From Saccostrea echinata (taxonomy: Eukaryota), in the NCBI RefSeq assembly GCF_033153115.1, contig NW_026889786.1:1984001-2048000 (forward strand): a DNA stretch of 64,000 nucleotides, read 5' to 3'. A program made the position numbers and the translations under genes. Shown here one piece after another: positions 62,889 to 64,000 of the stretch. Position 1 is the first letter of the stretch. Each line of letters begins with the position of its first letter. Under the pieces are notes generated by a model that searched no databases, was not told where the DNA came from, and worked only from the letters and a program-made list of their open reading frames with translations.

Positions 62889-64000
62889 TAACTTGATATA
62901 TGACAAAATACAAAAGTATTTTCGTTTTCTGGCTTTTATTTGAAAATTAAAATAAAGATACGGAAAAATAAAAATCAGCAAACGACAGTACTTATGATTT
63001 ATAATCGTCTTGTACCGAGACTACGAATGAAATCAGTAAGGAAGTACATGTATGTATTACAAAAAATTTTATCCTGAAATGGGTTAATTTCTAACTTAGG
63101 CGTATAAATTTACTTCTTTATCATAAAGCAAGGGAAAAAAAACACATCCTTTTAATAAGTTTTTTTTTTTATATAAACGCCATGAAGAAGACGGTATACT
63201 CTATTTTACGAACGACAGCCTCTGGTAATGAATCTTTGATCAGGAATTTTTCGAGGAAGACGGGTCTATACATCTCAGTCTCGGAATTCAAATACGTTTT
63301 AATTCATGGTGCCAAAGACGTTATCTTTACTCATGAGAAAGGAAAGCTAAGCAAGTTACCTTAGCCTTTTGGAAGTCGATCAATGGACGACTTTTGCAAG
63401 CTAAAAATGAAGACATCAAATAACCTTTCGGAATTAAATGTTCGTATATGAAAACCAGATCTAAGAAAAGTTGAATTACTTAGGAGAAAAAAACTCGGTG
63501 TTCTTAAATTAAGTTATCCTACTTTTAAAAGATCGTTGACGATTTCCGCCTTCATGTGTTTCTATAGCATTGATGAATGGTCTTTGGTGCAATAGCACAA
63601 CGAACTTAATTAAAATACATGTTTCCTAATCCTGTTAAACTAACAACATAGTTACGAAATGGTGAGATTAAGACGTGCGGATATAGGAAAGGTTTCATGT
63701 CAATATTTCACCGAATCTCCAAGTCTGATTAACTACATACTCTAAATTCATGCGATAAGATACGGAATTTTAAAATTTTCAGAAGATCAAAATTCAAAGT
63801 TCTCATGAATTAAATATGAAGGCGTTTGGATAAGGTCATTGAATATTCAACCATTCTTATTGAACAAATCTGTCACCAGCAAATTTTGATTCATTGTATT
63901 TGTCTACTTGCATGAAAAATGATAGCATGATATTCTCATATTTATTTATAACTGACGATCATCTAACCGTCAAATGAAGTCCCCAGTTGACTGTTCATTC

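Noticed and set aside
2533-63364. Remaining 60-105 aa ORFs in the supplied track
   Set aside because: F/L/I/K-rich compositions expected from random AT-rich intron DNA; many start at TTG/GTG and none shows a recognisable domain.

Overview
AT-rich eukaryotic (animal) genomic DNA. The repeat repertoire points to a bivalve mollusc, most likely an oyster; this is inference, not a database result. One protein-coding gene can be reconstructed with confidence: a + strand CAAP1 (caspase activity and apoptosis inhibitor 1) orthologue with 7 coding exons over about 33 kb (16792-49899, 257 aa). Every intron is GT-AG and phase-consistent, and there are candidate upstream exons near 190-243, 5403-5461 and 5704-5773. 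The rest is intron or intergenic DNA carrying non-autonomous transposons: TTAA-flanked Kolobok-like MITEs, TA-flanked MITEs, Helentron/CvA(pearl)-like elements with internal tandem repeats, tRNA-derived SINE fragments and a decayed Penelope-like RT. By eye the region up to about 50.3 kb is CpG-depleted and the region after it is not. The most striking structure is at 52804-53040: a 117-bp TG...CA mini-LTR containing a tRNA-like Pol III cassette, then an exact 18-nt tRNA-Lys primer-binding site, then a perfect 99-bp inverted copy. This looks like a fossilised self-primed (snap-back) plus-strand strong-stop DNA of a tRNA-bearing TRIM. No prokaryotic features or CRISPR arrays were found, and almost all ORFs in the supplied track are spurious.
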